DNA from: an uncultured bacterium | GTDB lineage: Bacteria; Actinomycetota; Actinomycetes; S36-B12 | DNA: 64,000 nucleotides | Assembly: GCA_963793105.1 (NCBI GenBank) | Contig: CAWBZB010000004.1 | Location: 156,210 to 220,209 of the forward strand | Direction of reading: 5' to 3' | Shown: positions 53,674-63,889 of the stretch, piece by piece | Layout of the letters: the number at the start of each line of letters is the position of its first letter | Position numbering within the stretch: the first letter of the stretch is position 1 | Translations under genes and position numbers: made by a program | Notes under the pieces: generated by a model | The model's database searches: none | The model's input: only the letters and a program-made list of their open reading frames with translations | What the model was told of the DNA's origin: nothing

Positions 53674-55211
53674 CGACCGTCTTCGTCCCTGCCGACAGCG
53701 CCGCTCGCTCGGTCGGCTCGGACGAGGTCGCCGTCGCCCTCGGCGCCCTGCTGCCCGAGGCGCACGTGGTCCGGCCCGGCTCACGCGGGCTGCTCTGGCT
53801 CGAGCCCCTGGTCGAGGTGGCCACCCCGGCAGGGCGCATCGGCTACGGACCGGTGACTCCCGCGGATGCCGCTTCGGTCGCCGAGGCGATCGCGGGCGAC
53901 GGCACCCATCCGCTGCGGCTCGGGGTGGTCGAGGACCTGCCCTGGCTGGCCTCCCAGGATCGCCTCACCTTCGCCCGCGTCGGCGTGATCGACCCGCTCG
54001 ACGAGGACGCGTTCCGTGCGCACGGAGGGCTGGTCGGACTGGCGGCCGCCATCGAGATGGGGCCGGATGCGTGCATCGAGGCGATCCGGGCGTCCGGACT
54101 GCGCGGGAGGGGAGGGGCCGGGTTCCCGGCCGGCATCAAGTGGCGCACCGTCGCCCAGGCCGACGCCGACCAGAAGTACGTCTGCATCAATGCGGACGAG
54201 GGTGACAGCGGCACCTTCGCCGACCGGATGCTGATGGAGGGGGATCCGCTGACGCTGATCGAGGGGGCCGTGATCGCCGGCCTCAGCGTCGGCGCCACGA
54301 CGGGGATCGTGTACATCCGGTCGGAGTACCCGGACGCCATCCGGGTGATGCGGTCCGCCATCGATGTCGCACGAAGGGGCGGCTGGCTCGGTGCGGACGT
54401 CCTCGGGTGCGGGCAGGCATTCGACCTCGACGTCCGAGTCGGCGCCGGCTCCTACGTCTGCGGCGAGGAGACGGCCATGCTCGAGAGCATCGAGGGCCGG
54501 CGCGGCATGGTGCGGGCCAAGCCACCCCTCCCGGCCGTCGAGGGCCTGTTCGGCAAGCCCACCCTTATCGGCAATGTCCTGTCCATCGCCGCCGTCCCCT
54601 TCATCACCGCGGAGGGCGCCGAGGCCTACGCCCGGTTCGGCACCGGGCGTTCGAGGGGCACGCAGGTCTTCCAGCTCGCCGGCAACGTCCGGCAGGGAGG
54701 CATCGTCGAGACCGGGTTCGGGATCACGCTCCGAGAGCTGATCGACGGGTACGGCGGCGGAACGCGCAGCGGCCGGCCCCTCCGGGCGGTGCAGGTGGGC
54801 GGGCCGCTCGGGGCCTACCTCTCGGAGCCCGAGCTCGACGTGCCCATGGACTACGAGGCCCTGGCGGCAGCGGGCGGGATGCTGGGGCACGGCGGCGTGG
54901 TCGTCTTCGACGACACCGTCGACCTGGCGCAGCAGGCCCGGTTCGCGATGGAGTTCTGCGCCGAGGAGTCGTGCGGCAAGTGCACCCCCTGCCGGATCGG
55001 GAGCGTGCGCGGCGTCGAGGTCATCGACCGGATCATCGCGGGGGACGAACCGGAGGCGAACCGTGCCCTCCTCATCGATCTCTGCGAGGTGATGACCGAC
55101 GGGTCGCTCTGCGCGATGGGCGGCCTCACCCCGATGCCGGTCCTGAGCGCCCTGCGGGGATTCGGCGAGGATTTCGACACCGACGATCGGAGCCACGATG
55201 ACCATCGCTGA
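53670..55211 (+). CDS. fdsB: NAD-dependent formate dehydrogenase beta subunit (NuoF-like, FMN/NAD/4Fe-4S)
   Basis: ORF 53670..55211. GTGA overlap with fdsG. GRGGAGFPAGIKW and ESCGKCTPCR motifs. Confidence 0.85.
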   Translation: MTTVFVPADSAARSVGSDEVAVALGALLPEAHVVRPGSRGLLWLEPLVEVATPAGRIGYGPVTPADAASVAEAIAGDGTHPLRLGVVEDLPWLASQDRLTFARVGVIDPLDEDAFRAHGGLVGLAAAIEMGPDACIEAIRASGLRGRGGAGFPAGIKWRTVAQADADQKYVCINADEGDSGTFADRMLMEGDPLTLIEGAVIAGLSVGATTGIVYIRSEYPDAIRVMRSAIDVARRGGWLGADVLGCGQAFDLDVRVGAGSYVCGEETAMLESIEGRRGMVRAKPPLPAVEGLFGKPTLIGNVLSIAAVPFITAEGAEAYARFGTGRSRGTQVFQLAGNVRQGGIVETGFGITLRELIDGYGGGTRSGRPLRAVQVGGPLGAYLSEPELDVPMDYEALAAAGGMLGHGGVVVFDDTVDLAQQARFAMEFCAEESCGKCTPCRIGSVRGVEVIDRIIAGDEPEANRALLIDLCEVMTDGSLCAMGGLTPMPVLSALRGFGEDFDTDDRSHDDHR

Positions 55212-57981
55212 CGAGATCGACTACGGGACCCCGGCCCGCCATTCCGCGCACGATGTCGCGGTCACCGTGGACGGCATCCCCGTCACGGTCCCCACCGGGA
55301 CGTCGGTCCTGCGCGCGGCCGCCCAGGCGGGCGTGATGGTGCCGAAGCTGTGCGCGACGGACTCGCTCGAGGCGTTCGGCTCGTGCCGCATGTGCGTCGT
55401 CGACATCGACGGCCGCAAGGGCACCCCCGCGTCGTGCACCACCCCGTGCGAGGACGGGATGGTGGTCCATACGCAGACGCCGCACGTCGCGAAGATCCGC
55501 CGTGGCGTGATGGAGCTCTACATCTCCGACCACCCGCTCGACTGCCTCACCTGCCCTGCCAACGGGGACTGCGAGCTGCAGGACATGGCCGGCGTCGTCG
55601 GCCTGCGCGAGGTCCGCTACGGATTCGACGGCGAGAACCACCTGGCGGCCCCGACCGACTCCAGCAATCCGTACTTCTCGTTCGACGCGAGCAAGTGCAT
55701 CGCGTGCAGCAGGTGCGTGCGTGCCTGCGGCGAGGTGCAGGGCACCTTCGCCCTGACCATCTCCGGCCGCGGATTCGACTCCAAGGTCAGCGCCGGGGCG
55801 GACCAGCCCTTCATCGACAGCGAGTGCGTGTCCTGTGGCGCGTGCGTCCAGGCCTGCCCCACCGCGACGCTGGAGGAGAAGAGCGTCATCGAGCTCGGCC
55901 TCCCCACTCGCACCGTGAAGACCACCTGCGCGTACTGCGGCGTCGGCTGCTCCTTCGATGCCGAGCTCCGCGGCGACGAACTGGTCCGGATGGTCCCCTC
56001 GAAGGAGGGCGGGGCCAACGCGGGCCACTCGTGCGTCAAGGGCCGGTTCGCCTGGGGATACGCGACGCACCCCGACCGGATCGTGGCTCCCCTGGTCCGC
56101 GACCGCATCGACGAGCCCTGGCGCGAGACGACGTGGGAGGAGGCGATCACCTTCGCCGCATCCCGCCTGCGGCAGATCCAGGACGAGCACGGCGTCGACT
56201 CCATCGGCGGCATCACCTCCTCCCGATGCACGAACGAGGAGGTCTACGTCGTCCAGAAGATGATCCGCGCGGCCTTCGGCAACAACAACGTCGACACGTG
56301 CGCGCGCGTGTGCCACTCCCCCACCGGCTATGGCCTCAAGCAGACGTTCGGCACGTCGGCCGGCACGCAGGACTTCGCGTCCGTGGCGGACTCGGACCTC
56401 GTCGTCGTCATCGGCGCGAACCCCACCGATGCGCACCCGGTGTTCGCCTCGCGCCTGAAGAGGCGCCTGCGCCAGGGCGCGGGCCTCATCGTGATCGACC
56501 CGCGTCGGATCGACCTCGTGCGATCCCCCCACGTCGAGGCCGCCCACCATCTCCAGCTGCTGCCCGGGACGAACGTCGCGGTCGTCAACGCGATGAGCCA
56601 CGTCATCGTCGTCGAGGATCTGGTCGACCGCGAGTTCGTCGCCGATCGTTGCGACCCCCAGGCCTACGCTGCGTGGGAGGAATTCATCCGGCTGCCCGAG
56701 AACAGCCCCGAGCATCTGGCTGATCAGGTGGGCGTGCCGGCCGAGCAGATCCGAGCAGCGGCTCGCGCGTATGCCGCCGCAGGAAACGCGGCGATCTACT
56801 ACGGACTCGGAGTGACCGAGCACAGCCAGGGATCGACCATGGTGATGGCCATCGCCAACCTCGCGATGGCGACCGGCAACATCGGCCGGCGCGGCGTCGG
56901 CGTGAATCCGCTCCGGGGCCAGAACAATGTGCAGGGCTCATGCGACATGGGCTCCTTCCCGCACGAGTTCCCGGGCTACCGGCACGTGTCCGACGATGCG
57001 GTCCGCCAGCTCTTCGAGGGTGCCTGGAACGTCGGCCTGCGCGCCGAGCCCGGGCTGCGGATCCCGAACATGCTCGACGAGGCCACCGTCGGCGCCTTCC
57101 GGGCGATCTTCATCCAGGGAGAGGACCTCGCCCAGTCCGATCCCAACACCAGCCACGTCAAGGCGGCGCTGGGAGCCATGGACCTGGTCATCGTCCAGGA
57201 CCTCTTCCTCAACGAGACTGCGGCGTTCGCCCACGTCTTCCTGCCGGGGACCTCCTTCCTGGAGAAGGACGGCACGTTCACCAACGCCGAGCGCCGGATC
57301 AACCGCGTACGACCCGTGATGCCCAGCAGCACCGGCAAGTCGGAGTGGGAGGTGGCGTGCGACCTGGCGACGGCGATGGGCTACCCGATGCACTACGAAA
57401 CGGCCGCCGACATCATGGACGAGATCGCCACACTGACCCCCACCTTCGCCGGCGTGTCTTTCGCGCTGCTGGACCGGGTCGGCAGCGTGCAGTGGCCGTG
57501 CAACGAGGCAGCGCCCGAGGGCACCCCGACGATGCACCAGGAGCGGTTCGTGCGGGGCCTCGGCAACTTCGTCACCACGCCCTACGTGCCCACCGACGAG
57601 CGGACGACCCGCAAGTACCCGCTGCTGCTGACCACCGGACGGATCCTGAGCCAGTACAACGTCGGCGCCCAGACGCGACGCACGGCGAACGTGACCTGGC
57701 ATCCCGAGGACGTCCTCGACATCCACGAGGCCGACGCGGAGGTCCGCGGCATCGCCGACGGCACCTGGGTCCAGATCAGCAGTCGCGCCGGCGTCACGTC
57801 CATGCGGGCGCGCATCAGCGACGAGGTGCCACCAGGCGTGGTCTACACGACCTTCCACCATCCCGTGAGCGGTGCGAATGTCGTGACGACCGACAACTCG
57901 GACTGGGCGACCAACTGCCCTGAGTACAAGGTGACCGCGGTCGAGATTCGGCCCGACTCCCTGGCCGGAGCGCGGGCGTGA
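55198..57981 (+). CDS. fdsA: formate dehydrogenase alpha subunit (molybdopterin; N-terminal 2Fe-2S/4Fe-4S domains), Cys type
   Basis: ORF 55198..57981 (927 aa), no internal stop. Ferredoxin-like Cys clusters, CAYCGVGC, active-site region TCARVCHSPT. Confidence 0.9.
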   Translation: MTIADEIDYGTPARHSAHDVAVTVDGIPVTVPTGTSVLRAAAQAGVMVPKLCATDSLEAFGSCRMCVVDIDGRKGTPASCTTPCEDGMVVHTQTPHVAKIRRGVMELYISDHPLDCLTCPANGDCELQDMAGVVGLREVRYGFDGENHLAAPTDSSNPYFSFDASKCIACSRCVRACGEVQGTFALTISGRGFDSKVSAGADQPFIDSECVSCGACVQACPTATLEEKSVIELGLPTRTVKTTCAYCGVGCSFDAELRGDELVRMVPSKEGGANAGHSCVKGRFAWGYATHPDRIVAPLVRDRIDEPWRETTWEEAITFAASRLRQIQDEHGVDSIGGITSSRCTNEEVYVVQKMIRAAFGNNNVDTCARVCHSPTGYGLKQTFGTSAGTQDFASVADSDLVVVIGANPTDAHPVFASRLKRRLRQGAGLIVIDPRRIDLVRSPHVEAAHHLQLLPGTNVAVVNAMSHVIVVEDLVDREFVADRCDPQAYAAWEEFIRLPENSPEHLADQVGVPAEQIRAAARAYAAAGNAAIYYGLGVTEHSQGSTMVMAIANLAMATGNIGRRGVGVNPLRGQNNVQGSCDMGSFPHEFPGYRHVSDDAVRQLFEGAWNVGLRAEPGLRIPNMLDEATVGAFRAIFIQGEDLAQSDPNTSHVKAALGAMDLVIVQDLFLNETAAFAHVFLPGTSFLEKDGTFTNAERRINRVRPVMPSSTGKSEWEVACDLATAMGYPMHYETAADIMDEIATLTPTFAGVSFALLDRVGSVQWPCNEAAPEGTPTMHQERFVRGLGNFVTTPYVPTDERTTRKYPLLLTTGRILSQYNVGAQTRRTANVTWHPEDVLDIHEADAEVRGIADGTWVQISSRAGVTSMRARISDEVPPGVVYTTFHHPVSGANVVTTDNSDWATNCPEYKVTAVEIRPDSLAGARA

Positions 57982-58214
57982 CCGAGGGCGTCGACTACGG
58001 GCGCAAGCTCGTTCGAATGGCGAACCAGATCTCGGCGAGTGTCCCCGATCCGGGGAGGGCGGCCGAGCAGACGGCCAACCACCTCCGGATGTTCTGGTCC
58101 CCCGCCATGGTCGATGACCTCGCCGCCGCCGCAGAACGGGACCCGGGGCGTCCGGCGCCGGCGGTGCTGGCTGCGCTGTCCGCGCTGAGGCCCGCGAGCG
58201 CGGGACAGCCCTAG
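57978..58214 (+). CDS. fdsD: formate dehydrogenase delta subunit (FdsD)
   Basis: ORF 57978..58214. GTGA overlap with fdsA. LVRMANQI...HLRMFWSPAM pattern. Confidence 0.75.
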   Translation: MTEGVDYGRKLVRMANQISASVPDPGRAAEQTANHLRMFWSPAMVDDLAAAAERDPGRPAPAVLAALSALRPASAGQP

Positions 58215-59062
58215 CCCGGGAGCAGCAGCGTCCCGCGCGCCACGAGCTCGGCAGGACCCGTGAGAAGCATCGAGCCGGTGGCGGTCTCGGTGACGTGCAG
58301 GGTGCCGCCCGGCACGTCCACCTGCCAGGTGGTCTCGCCGACGACTTCGGGACCCCGACGTCGCGCAGCCCACGCGACCGCGCATGCGCCCGTCCCACAG
58401 GAGAGCGTCTCGCCGACGCCACGTTCGTGCACGCGCATCGCGACGTGCTCGGGACCCCGCTCCACGACGAACTCGACGTTCACTCCGTCCGGAAACACGT
58501 CGCCGGGCGAGACCACGGGCGCCGACGCCAGATCCCCGGCCTCGGCCAGGTCGTCGATGAAGACGACGGCGTGCGGGTTGGGGACGAGGACGCCGGTCGC
58601 CGGCCAGGCGCGGTCCCCGACGCGCACCTGAGGCAGGGCGCGTGCGCGAGTCGTCGTCGCCGAGCCCATGTCGATCGTGACCGTCCGGTCCGGGTTGATC
58701 GTGGTGCTGCGCAGGCCGCCACGGGTGGCGATGGTCACGTCGTTCTCGGTCACCAGCCCGGTCGCATCGAGGTAGCGCACGAAGACGCGCGCGCCGTTCC
58801 CGCACATCTCGGCCAATGATCCGTCGGCGTTCCGGTAGTCCATGAAGTACTCGGCCACGGCGGCGAAGTCCGCGAACTCCGGTACGTGCTCGGTGCGGAC
58901 CACGCGCAGCACTCCGTTGGCGCCGATGCCCCGATGCCGATCGCAGACCCATCGAACCTGATCCGACGTGAGCTCGAGCCGACCGTCCACATCGGGGATG
59001 ATGACGAAGTCGTTGCCGGTGCCGTGGCCCTTGACGAAGGGCACCTCGTTCAGTCGGGCCAT
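58211..59062 (-). CDS. dapF: diaminopimelate epimerase
   Basis: ORF 58211..59062. GHGTGNDFV motif and the two catalytic Cys motifs, CGNGARV and SCGTGACA. Confidence 0.93.
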   Translation of the reverse strand: MARLNEVPFVKGHGTGNDFVIIPDVDGRLELTSDQVRWVCDRHRGIGANGVLRVVRTEHVPEFADFAAVAEYFMDYRNADGSLAEMCGNGARVFVRYLDATGLVTENDVTIATRGGLRSTTINPDRTVTIDMGSATTTRARALPQVRVGDRAWPATGVLVPNPHAVVFIDDLAEAGDLASAPVVSPGDVFPDGVNVEFVVERGPEHVAMRVHERGVGETLSCGTGACAVAWAARRRGPEVVGETTWQVDVPGGTLHVTETATGSMLLTGPAELVARGTLLLPG

Positions 59063-59077
59063 GCCGTGAGCGTAGCG

Positions 59078-60206
59078 TCAGCCGGTCCTCGCGCCCGCAT
59101 GCGCGTAGGCGGCATCCACGACATCCAGCACGTGCGGCCAGGCGTCCTTGGGCGGGCACGATCGATTGTGCTCCGTGATCGCGGCCAGGAGGTCTCGTTC
59201 CTTCGCGAGGCGCACGAGGGCCTGAGCAAGACCCGCGTCGTCGTGGGCCAGGAGCCCCTGCTCTCCGTCATGGATGAACTGGGTCGTGCCCGTCTGCGAG
59301 CGCGCCACCACGGGGAGTCCGGCGGCACGGGCCTCGAGTGCCGCCAGCCCGAAGGACTCCTTCACCGACGGCTGCAGGTACACGTCGGAATCGGCGAAGA
59401 CATCGAGGATGCCGGCGCGGTCGAGCCGGCCCGTGAACCGGATCCGTTCCGCGAGACCGTGCTCCCGCGCGAACTTCTCCGCGCGCGCCCGCTCAGGTCC
59501 GTCGCCGACGATCGTCGCCTCGAGACTGACCGATCCGGCCAGCCGTCCGGACGCCTCCCCGAGGATCCGCACGAGCGGCAGGGTCCGCTTGCGCGGAGCC
59601 ATGCGCATGACTGTCACCACGCGCAGCCTCGTCGGGTCGGACTCCCGATGGACGATCTGCCACTGCTCGGGGTCGATCCCGTTCGGCACGACGAGAACCG
59701 TCCCCGCTCGTGGAACGGCCCTCTGGATCCGCTCGGCCGCCACCTCGCTGACCGCGCTGACCGTCACGCCCCAGCCCGCCCACCTCAGGACGGCGTCCGA
59801 CAGCCCGAACCCCGGCCTGGCCAGCGGGCCCCACACGCTGTGGACCGTGACAAGCGTGGGGAGGCGGCGGCGGGTCGCCGCCCGGATCGCTCCCCAGGCG
59901 AACGGGGACACGACGCCGGCATGCACATGGACCACGTCGACCGGGTGGCGGTCGAGCAGGGCGCCCACTTCACGGGCCGTGCGCGGATGCACCGGCAGTT
60001 CGAATGGCAGGTGGGCCGCGACCCGGTGGACCGGCAGTCCGTCCACGACATCATCGCCGGCGAAGACCTCCGCATGGCCCGGGGTGGCCGTGATGACGCG
60101 CACCTCGTCTCCGCGGGCGGACTGCCGCCCGGCCAAGCGCGCGCACCTGCGTCTCGATCCCGCCGGTCCGTGGCGCATAGCAGTCGCTCACGTGCGCGAT
60201 CCTCAT
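59078..60206 (-). pseudogene. GT4-family glycosyltransferase; frameshift at ~60133-60140 (or an assembly indel)
   Basis: N-terminus MRIAHVSDCYAPRTGGIETQVRAL is in ORF 60051..60338. The rest (LAGRQSARGDEVRVITATPG ... SVKESFGLAALEARAAGLPVV) is in ORF 59078..60178. Confidence 0.75.
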
Positions 60207-60227
60207 GTAGACGGACCGTACGCCACA

Positions 60228-61034
60228 ATGGCTGCCATGAGTCCCGCGACCCAAACGCTCGTCTTCATCCACGCCCACCCGGACGACGAGGCCCTCCTCA
60301 CGGCCGGCACGATGGCAAGGGCCGCGGCCGAGGGGCATCGGGTCGTCCTGGTGGTCGCGACCGATGGCGCGGCGGGCCTCACCTCCGACGCGTTCGAGGA
60401 GTCCCTCGGCGATACCCGACTGGCGGAGCTGGCCGTGTCAGCGGCCGCGCTCGGCGTCGCCCGCACCGTGAACCTGGGGTATCCGGACTCGGGACTGCAC
60501 GGCGAGAATGCCGACGGCTTCGCGCACGCGGACACCGCGGTCGTCGCCCGACGGATCGCGGACATCTGCGATGAGGAGTCGGCCGACGTCCTGGTGGGCT
60601 ACGACTCGTCCGGCGGGTACGGACACCCTGATCACCTGCAGGTCCACCGATCCGTGCGCGCCGCCAGGAACCTGTGCGCCCGACGGCCCAACCTCTTCGA
60701 GGCCACCCTCCCGCGTGAACCGATCGTCCGGGCGGCCCGACTCGCGTCGAGCATGCACCTGACGCCAGAGGAGTTCGCGCCCGACGAGTTCGACTCGGCG
60801 TGGACGCCCCGGGCGCAGATCAGCCACCGCGTGAACGTCCGCAAGCACCTGCCGGCCAAGGACGCTGCGCTGCGGGCGCACGCGTCCCAGGCAGCGGCCG
60901 ACGGAACGACGCGCACCCTCGCCGTGCTGACCCGGCTGCCGCGGGCGGCGCAGGCGCTCATCCTGGGAACCGAGTACTACGTGGTCGTGCCCGCTCGCCA
61001 GACGTCGAGAACCTCGTCCACGACGCAGTCGTAG
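60228..61034 (+). CDS. PIG-L/LmbE-family N-acetylglucosaminyl deacetylase
   Basis: In ORF 59274..61034. ATG 60228 gives MAAMSPATQTLVFIHAHPDDEAL. HPDH motif present. The 3' end overlaps the miaA 3' end by 58 nt. Confidence 0.8.
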   Translation: MAAMSPATQTLVFIHAHPDDEALLTAGTMARAAAEGHRVVLVVATDGAAGLTSDAFEESLGDTRLAELAVSAAALGVARTVNLGYPDSGLHGENADGFAHADTAVVARRIADICDEESADVLVGYDSSGGYGHPDHLQVHRSVRAARNLCARRPNLFEATLPREPIVRAARLASSMHLTPEEFAPDEFDSAWTPRAQISHRVNVRKHLPAKDAALRAHASQAAADGTTRTLAVLTRLPRAAQALILGTEYYVVVPARQTSRTSSTTQS

Positions 61035-61885
61035 CGCACCCACGTGATGCGGGGATCCCGTCGGAACCAGCGCTGCTGCCGGCGCGCGAACCGGCGCGTG
61101 GCGTCGATGGTGTCCTGACGAGCCTGCTGCTCGGTGATTCCCCCGGCGAGCAGGTCGAGCACCTGCCGGTAGCCCAGGGCCCGGGACGCCGTCGGAGCCC
61201 CGGTGAGCCCCCCGTCCGCGAGCTGCCGCACCTCCTCGACCAGGCCCTCGGCCCACATCCGTTCCACCCGCTCGGCGATGCGGGCGTCCAGCTCTTCCCG
61301 AGGCAGGTCGAGTCCGACGCGTACCGCCCGATACACCTGCGTCGGCTCGGGCAGCCGGGCGACGAAGGGCGCCCCGGTGATCTCGATGACCTCCAGGGCC
61401 CGCACGATGCGCCGGCCGTTCGAGGGCAGGATCGCGGACGCCGCAGCCGGGTCCATCCGTGCCAGTCGCGCATGCAGCGGGGCAGGGCCGGCATCAGCCA
61501 GTTCGGACTCGAGGCGGGCGCGCACGGCGGGGTCGGTTCCTGGGAACCGCAGGTCGTCCAGTACCGCCGAGACGTACAGACCACTCCCGCCGACGACGAT
61601 GGGCACCCCGCCGCGTTCGAGGATCTCGTCGATCGCGGTGCGTGCCTCGGCCTGGAACTCCGCAACCGTGGCGACGTGCCCGGGATCCCAGATGTCGATC
61701 ATGTGGTGCCGGACCCCGCCTTTCTCAGCCAGGGTCGGCGTCGCCGTGCCGACGTCCATTCCGCGATAGACCTGCATGGAGTCGGTCGAGACGATCTCGG
61801 CGCCGGGTCCGATGCGCTGGGCCACGCGAACGGCCAGCGCCGACTTCCCCGAGGCCGTCGGGCCGACGATCGCGAGGACGGTCAC
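60977..61885 (-). CDS. miaA: tRNA dimethylallyltransferase
   Basis: ORF 60977..61885. GPTASGKS P-loop; collinear with MiaA. Confidence 0.93.
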   Translation of the reverse strand: MTVLAIVGPTASGKSALAVRVAQRIGPGAEIVSTDSMQVYRGMDVGTATPTLAEKGGVRHHMIDIWDPGHVATVAEFQAEARTAIDEILERGGVPIVVGGSGLYVSAVLDDLRFPGTDPAVRARLESELADAGPAPLHARLARMDPAAASAILPSNGRRIVRALEVIEITGAPFVARLPEPTQVYRAVRVGLDLPREELDARIAERVERMWAEGLVEEVRQLADGGLTGAPTASRALGYRQVLDLLAGGITEQQARQDTIDATRRFARRQQRWFRRDPRITWVRYDCVVDEVLDVWRAGTTT

Positions 61886-63345
61886 GCTCGGACGGACGGC
61901 ATGCCCAGCGGGACCCCGACCGGTGCCGCCGCGCGGGCCCGCTCACTCGCGTCGCCGGCCGTGGTGCGCCGGACGGCGAGCACGCGGTCCGCGACGAGGT
62001 GATGGGGGGCCGCATACGTCACTTCGGCGGTGACCATGTCGCCCGGGCGCGGGACGCCGACGGACGGATCGACGGCGACGTGCACCAGACGGTTGTCGGG
62101 CGCCCGTCCGGACAGTCGCTCGGTCTGCTCGTCCTTGCGGCCCTCGCCCTCCGCGACCAGGACCTCCAGGACCCGACCCTCCATCCTCCGGTTCTCCTGC
62201 CAGGCGATGTCATTGACACGCTCGACCAGCCGCTCGTAGCGCTCCTGCACGATGGCCTTGGGCACCTGGTCGTCCATCTCCGCGGCGGGTGTGCCGGGGC
62301 GCTTGGAGTACTGGAAGGTGAACGCGTTGGCGAACCGTGCCTCGCGCACGACGTGGAGAGTCTGCTCGAAGTCCTCCTCGGTCTCGCCCGGGAAGCCCAC
62401 GATGATGTCCGTGGTGATTGCGGCGTCCGGCATGGCGGACCGGACGTCGTCGATGATGCGCAGATACCGCTCCTGACGGTAGGACCGGCGCATGCGCTGC
62501 AGCACGGTGTCCGACCCCGACTGCAGCGGCATGTGCAGCTGAGGCATGACATTCGGGGTCTCGGCCATGGCCGAGATGACGTCGTGGGTGAAGTCGCGCG
62601 GGTGCGGGCTGGTGAATCGCACCCGTTCCAGGCCGTCGACGTCCCCGCAGGCGCGCAGCAGCTTGGAGAACGCCTCGCGGTCGCCGAACTCCGATCCGTA
62701 GGCGTTCACGTTCTGCCCGAGCAGCGTGATCTCCAGGACGCCCTCGTGCACCAGTGCCCGGATCTCCCCGAGGATCTCGCCGGGGCGACGGTCCTTCTCC
62801 TTGCCGCGCAGGGCCGGCACGATGCAGAAGGTGCAGGTGTTGTTGCACCCGACGCTCACCGACACCCATGCCGAGTAGGCGCTGTCGCGCTTGGTCGGCA
62901 GCGTCGACGGGAAGACGTCAAGCGCCTCCTTGATCTCGACCTGGGCCTCCTCGGCGATGCGCGCCCTCTCGAGCAGCACCGGCAGCGAGCCGATGTTGTG
63001 CGTTCCGAAGACGACATCCACCCACGGGGCCTTCGCCAGGATCTCGCCCTGGTCCTTCTGGGCGAGGCAGCCGCCGACCGCGATCTGCATGCCGGGGTGA
63101 CCGGCCTTGACCGGGACCAGGTGGCTCAGGTTGCCGTAGAGGCGGTTGTCAGCGTTCTCCCGGACGGCGCAGGTGTTGAACACCACGACGTCGGCCTCGT
63201 CCCCGTCCCGCACTGCGACATAGCCGGCGTCCTCCAGCAGGCCGCTCAGTCGCTCGGAGTCGTGGACGTTCATCTGGCAGCCGTAGGTGCGCACCTGGTA
63301 GGTGCGCGGGTGTGCCGACAGGTCGAACGCAGTGTGGGTGCTCAT
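61882..63345 (-). CDS. miaB: tRNA-i6A37 methylthiotransferase
   Basis: ORF 61882..63345. UPF0004 N-domain, radical-SAM [11 protein letters not shown] motif, and a TRAM C-terminus. Confidence 0.93.
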   Translation of the reverse strand: MSTHTAFDLSAHPRTYQVRTYGCQMNVHDSERLSGLLEDAGYVAVRDGDEADVVVFNTCAVRENADNRLYGNLSHLVPVKAGHPGMQIAVGGCLAQKDQGEILAKAPWVDVVFGTHNIGSLPVLLERARIAEEAQVEIKEALDVFPSTLPTKRDSAYSAWVSVSVGCNNTCTFCIVPALRGKEKDRRPGEILGEIRALVHEGVLEITLLGQNVNAYGSEFGDREAFSKLLRACGDVDGLERVRFTSPHPRDFTHDVISAMAETPNVMPQLHMPLQSGSDTVLQRMRRSYRQERYLRIIDDVRSAMPDAAITTDIIVGFPGETEEDFEQTLHVVREARFANAFTFQYSKRPGTPAAEMDDQVPKAIVQERYERLVERVNDIAWQENRRMEGRVLEVLVAEGEGRKDEQTERLSGRAPDNRLVHVAVDPSVGVPRPGDMVTAEVTYAAPHHLVADRVLAVRRTTAGDASERARAAAPVGVPLGMPSVRA

Positions 63346-63442
63346 CGCCGCTGATTCTAGGAGGACGGGAGCACGAGCCCCCGCCAGCGGTCGACGTGCC
63401 CGGTCTCACTCCGCGCTCGGCCTCGAATGAACCCGACGCGAT

Positions 63443-63655
63443 CTACGCCGGATCGATGGCGTTGGAGACCGAAGTGGCGGTGTCGTCGAAAAGACCCTGG
63501 GTACTCAGGCCCAGGAAGGTCACGGCCACGATGATCACTGCGGCGATGAGGCCGATGATGAGCGCGTACTCAGTAGAAGTAGCGCCGCGGGCCTCCGCCC
63601 ACGACCGCGTCGAACGCACCTGCTGCGACAGTCGAACGAATGCATGCCGGTTCAC
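63443..63655 (-). CDS. flp: Flp-family type IVb (Tad) pilin
   Basis: ORF 63443..63655. GTG follows gaggaggaagg. Flp motif RGATSTEYALIIGLIAAVIIVAV. Confidence 0.8.
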   Translation of the reverse strand: MNRHAFVRLSQQVRSTRSWAEARGATSTEYALIIGLIAAVIIVAVTFLGLSTQGLFDDTATSVSNAIDPA

Positions 63656-63864
63656 GAGTCGGCACCTTCCTCCTCGGTGACTTTGGCATGACTGTGCAGC
63701 ACGTACCTCTCGATTCCCTCACGCCGCCACGCCGCTTGCTCGGCCGGTCGTTGCTCATTGGCCACTCCGGTGGAAAGGTGGGGCCATCGCGCAAGCGAGG
63801 CCGGATCGGCCTCCACGGGCGACGAGGCCATCAGCACGGCCGCCGATGGCATCTGCGCCGGCAC
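63652..63864 (-). CDS. hypothetical ORF translationally coupled to flp
   Basis: ORF 63652..63864. Its stop overlaps the flp GTG (GTGA). Third-position GC is fairly high. No recognisable family. Confidence 0.25.
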   Translation of the reverse strand: MPAQMPSAAVLMASSPVEADPASLARWPHLSTGVANEQRPAEQAAWRREGIERYVLHSHAKVTEEEGADS

Positions 63865-63889
63865 CGGGATTCACGTGCGAGGACGAGGG

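Noticed and set aside
55198-57981. Selenocysteine-containing formate dehydrogenase.
   Set aside because: The alpha-subunit ORF is uninterrupted, and the active-site position is Cys (CARVCHSPT).
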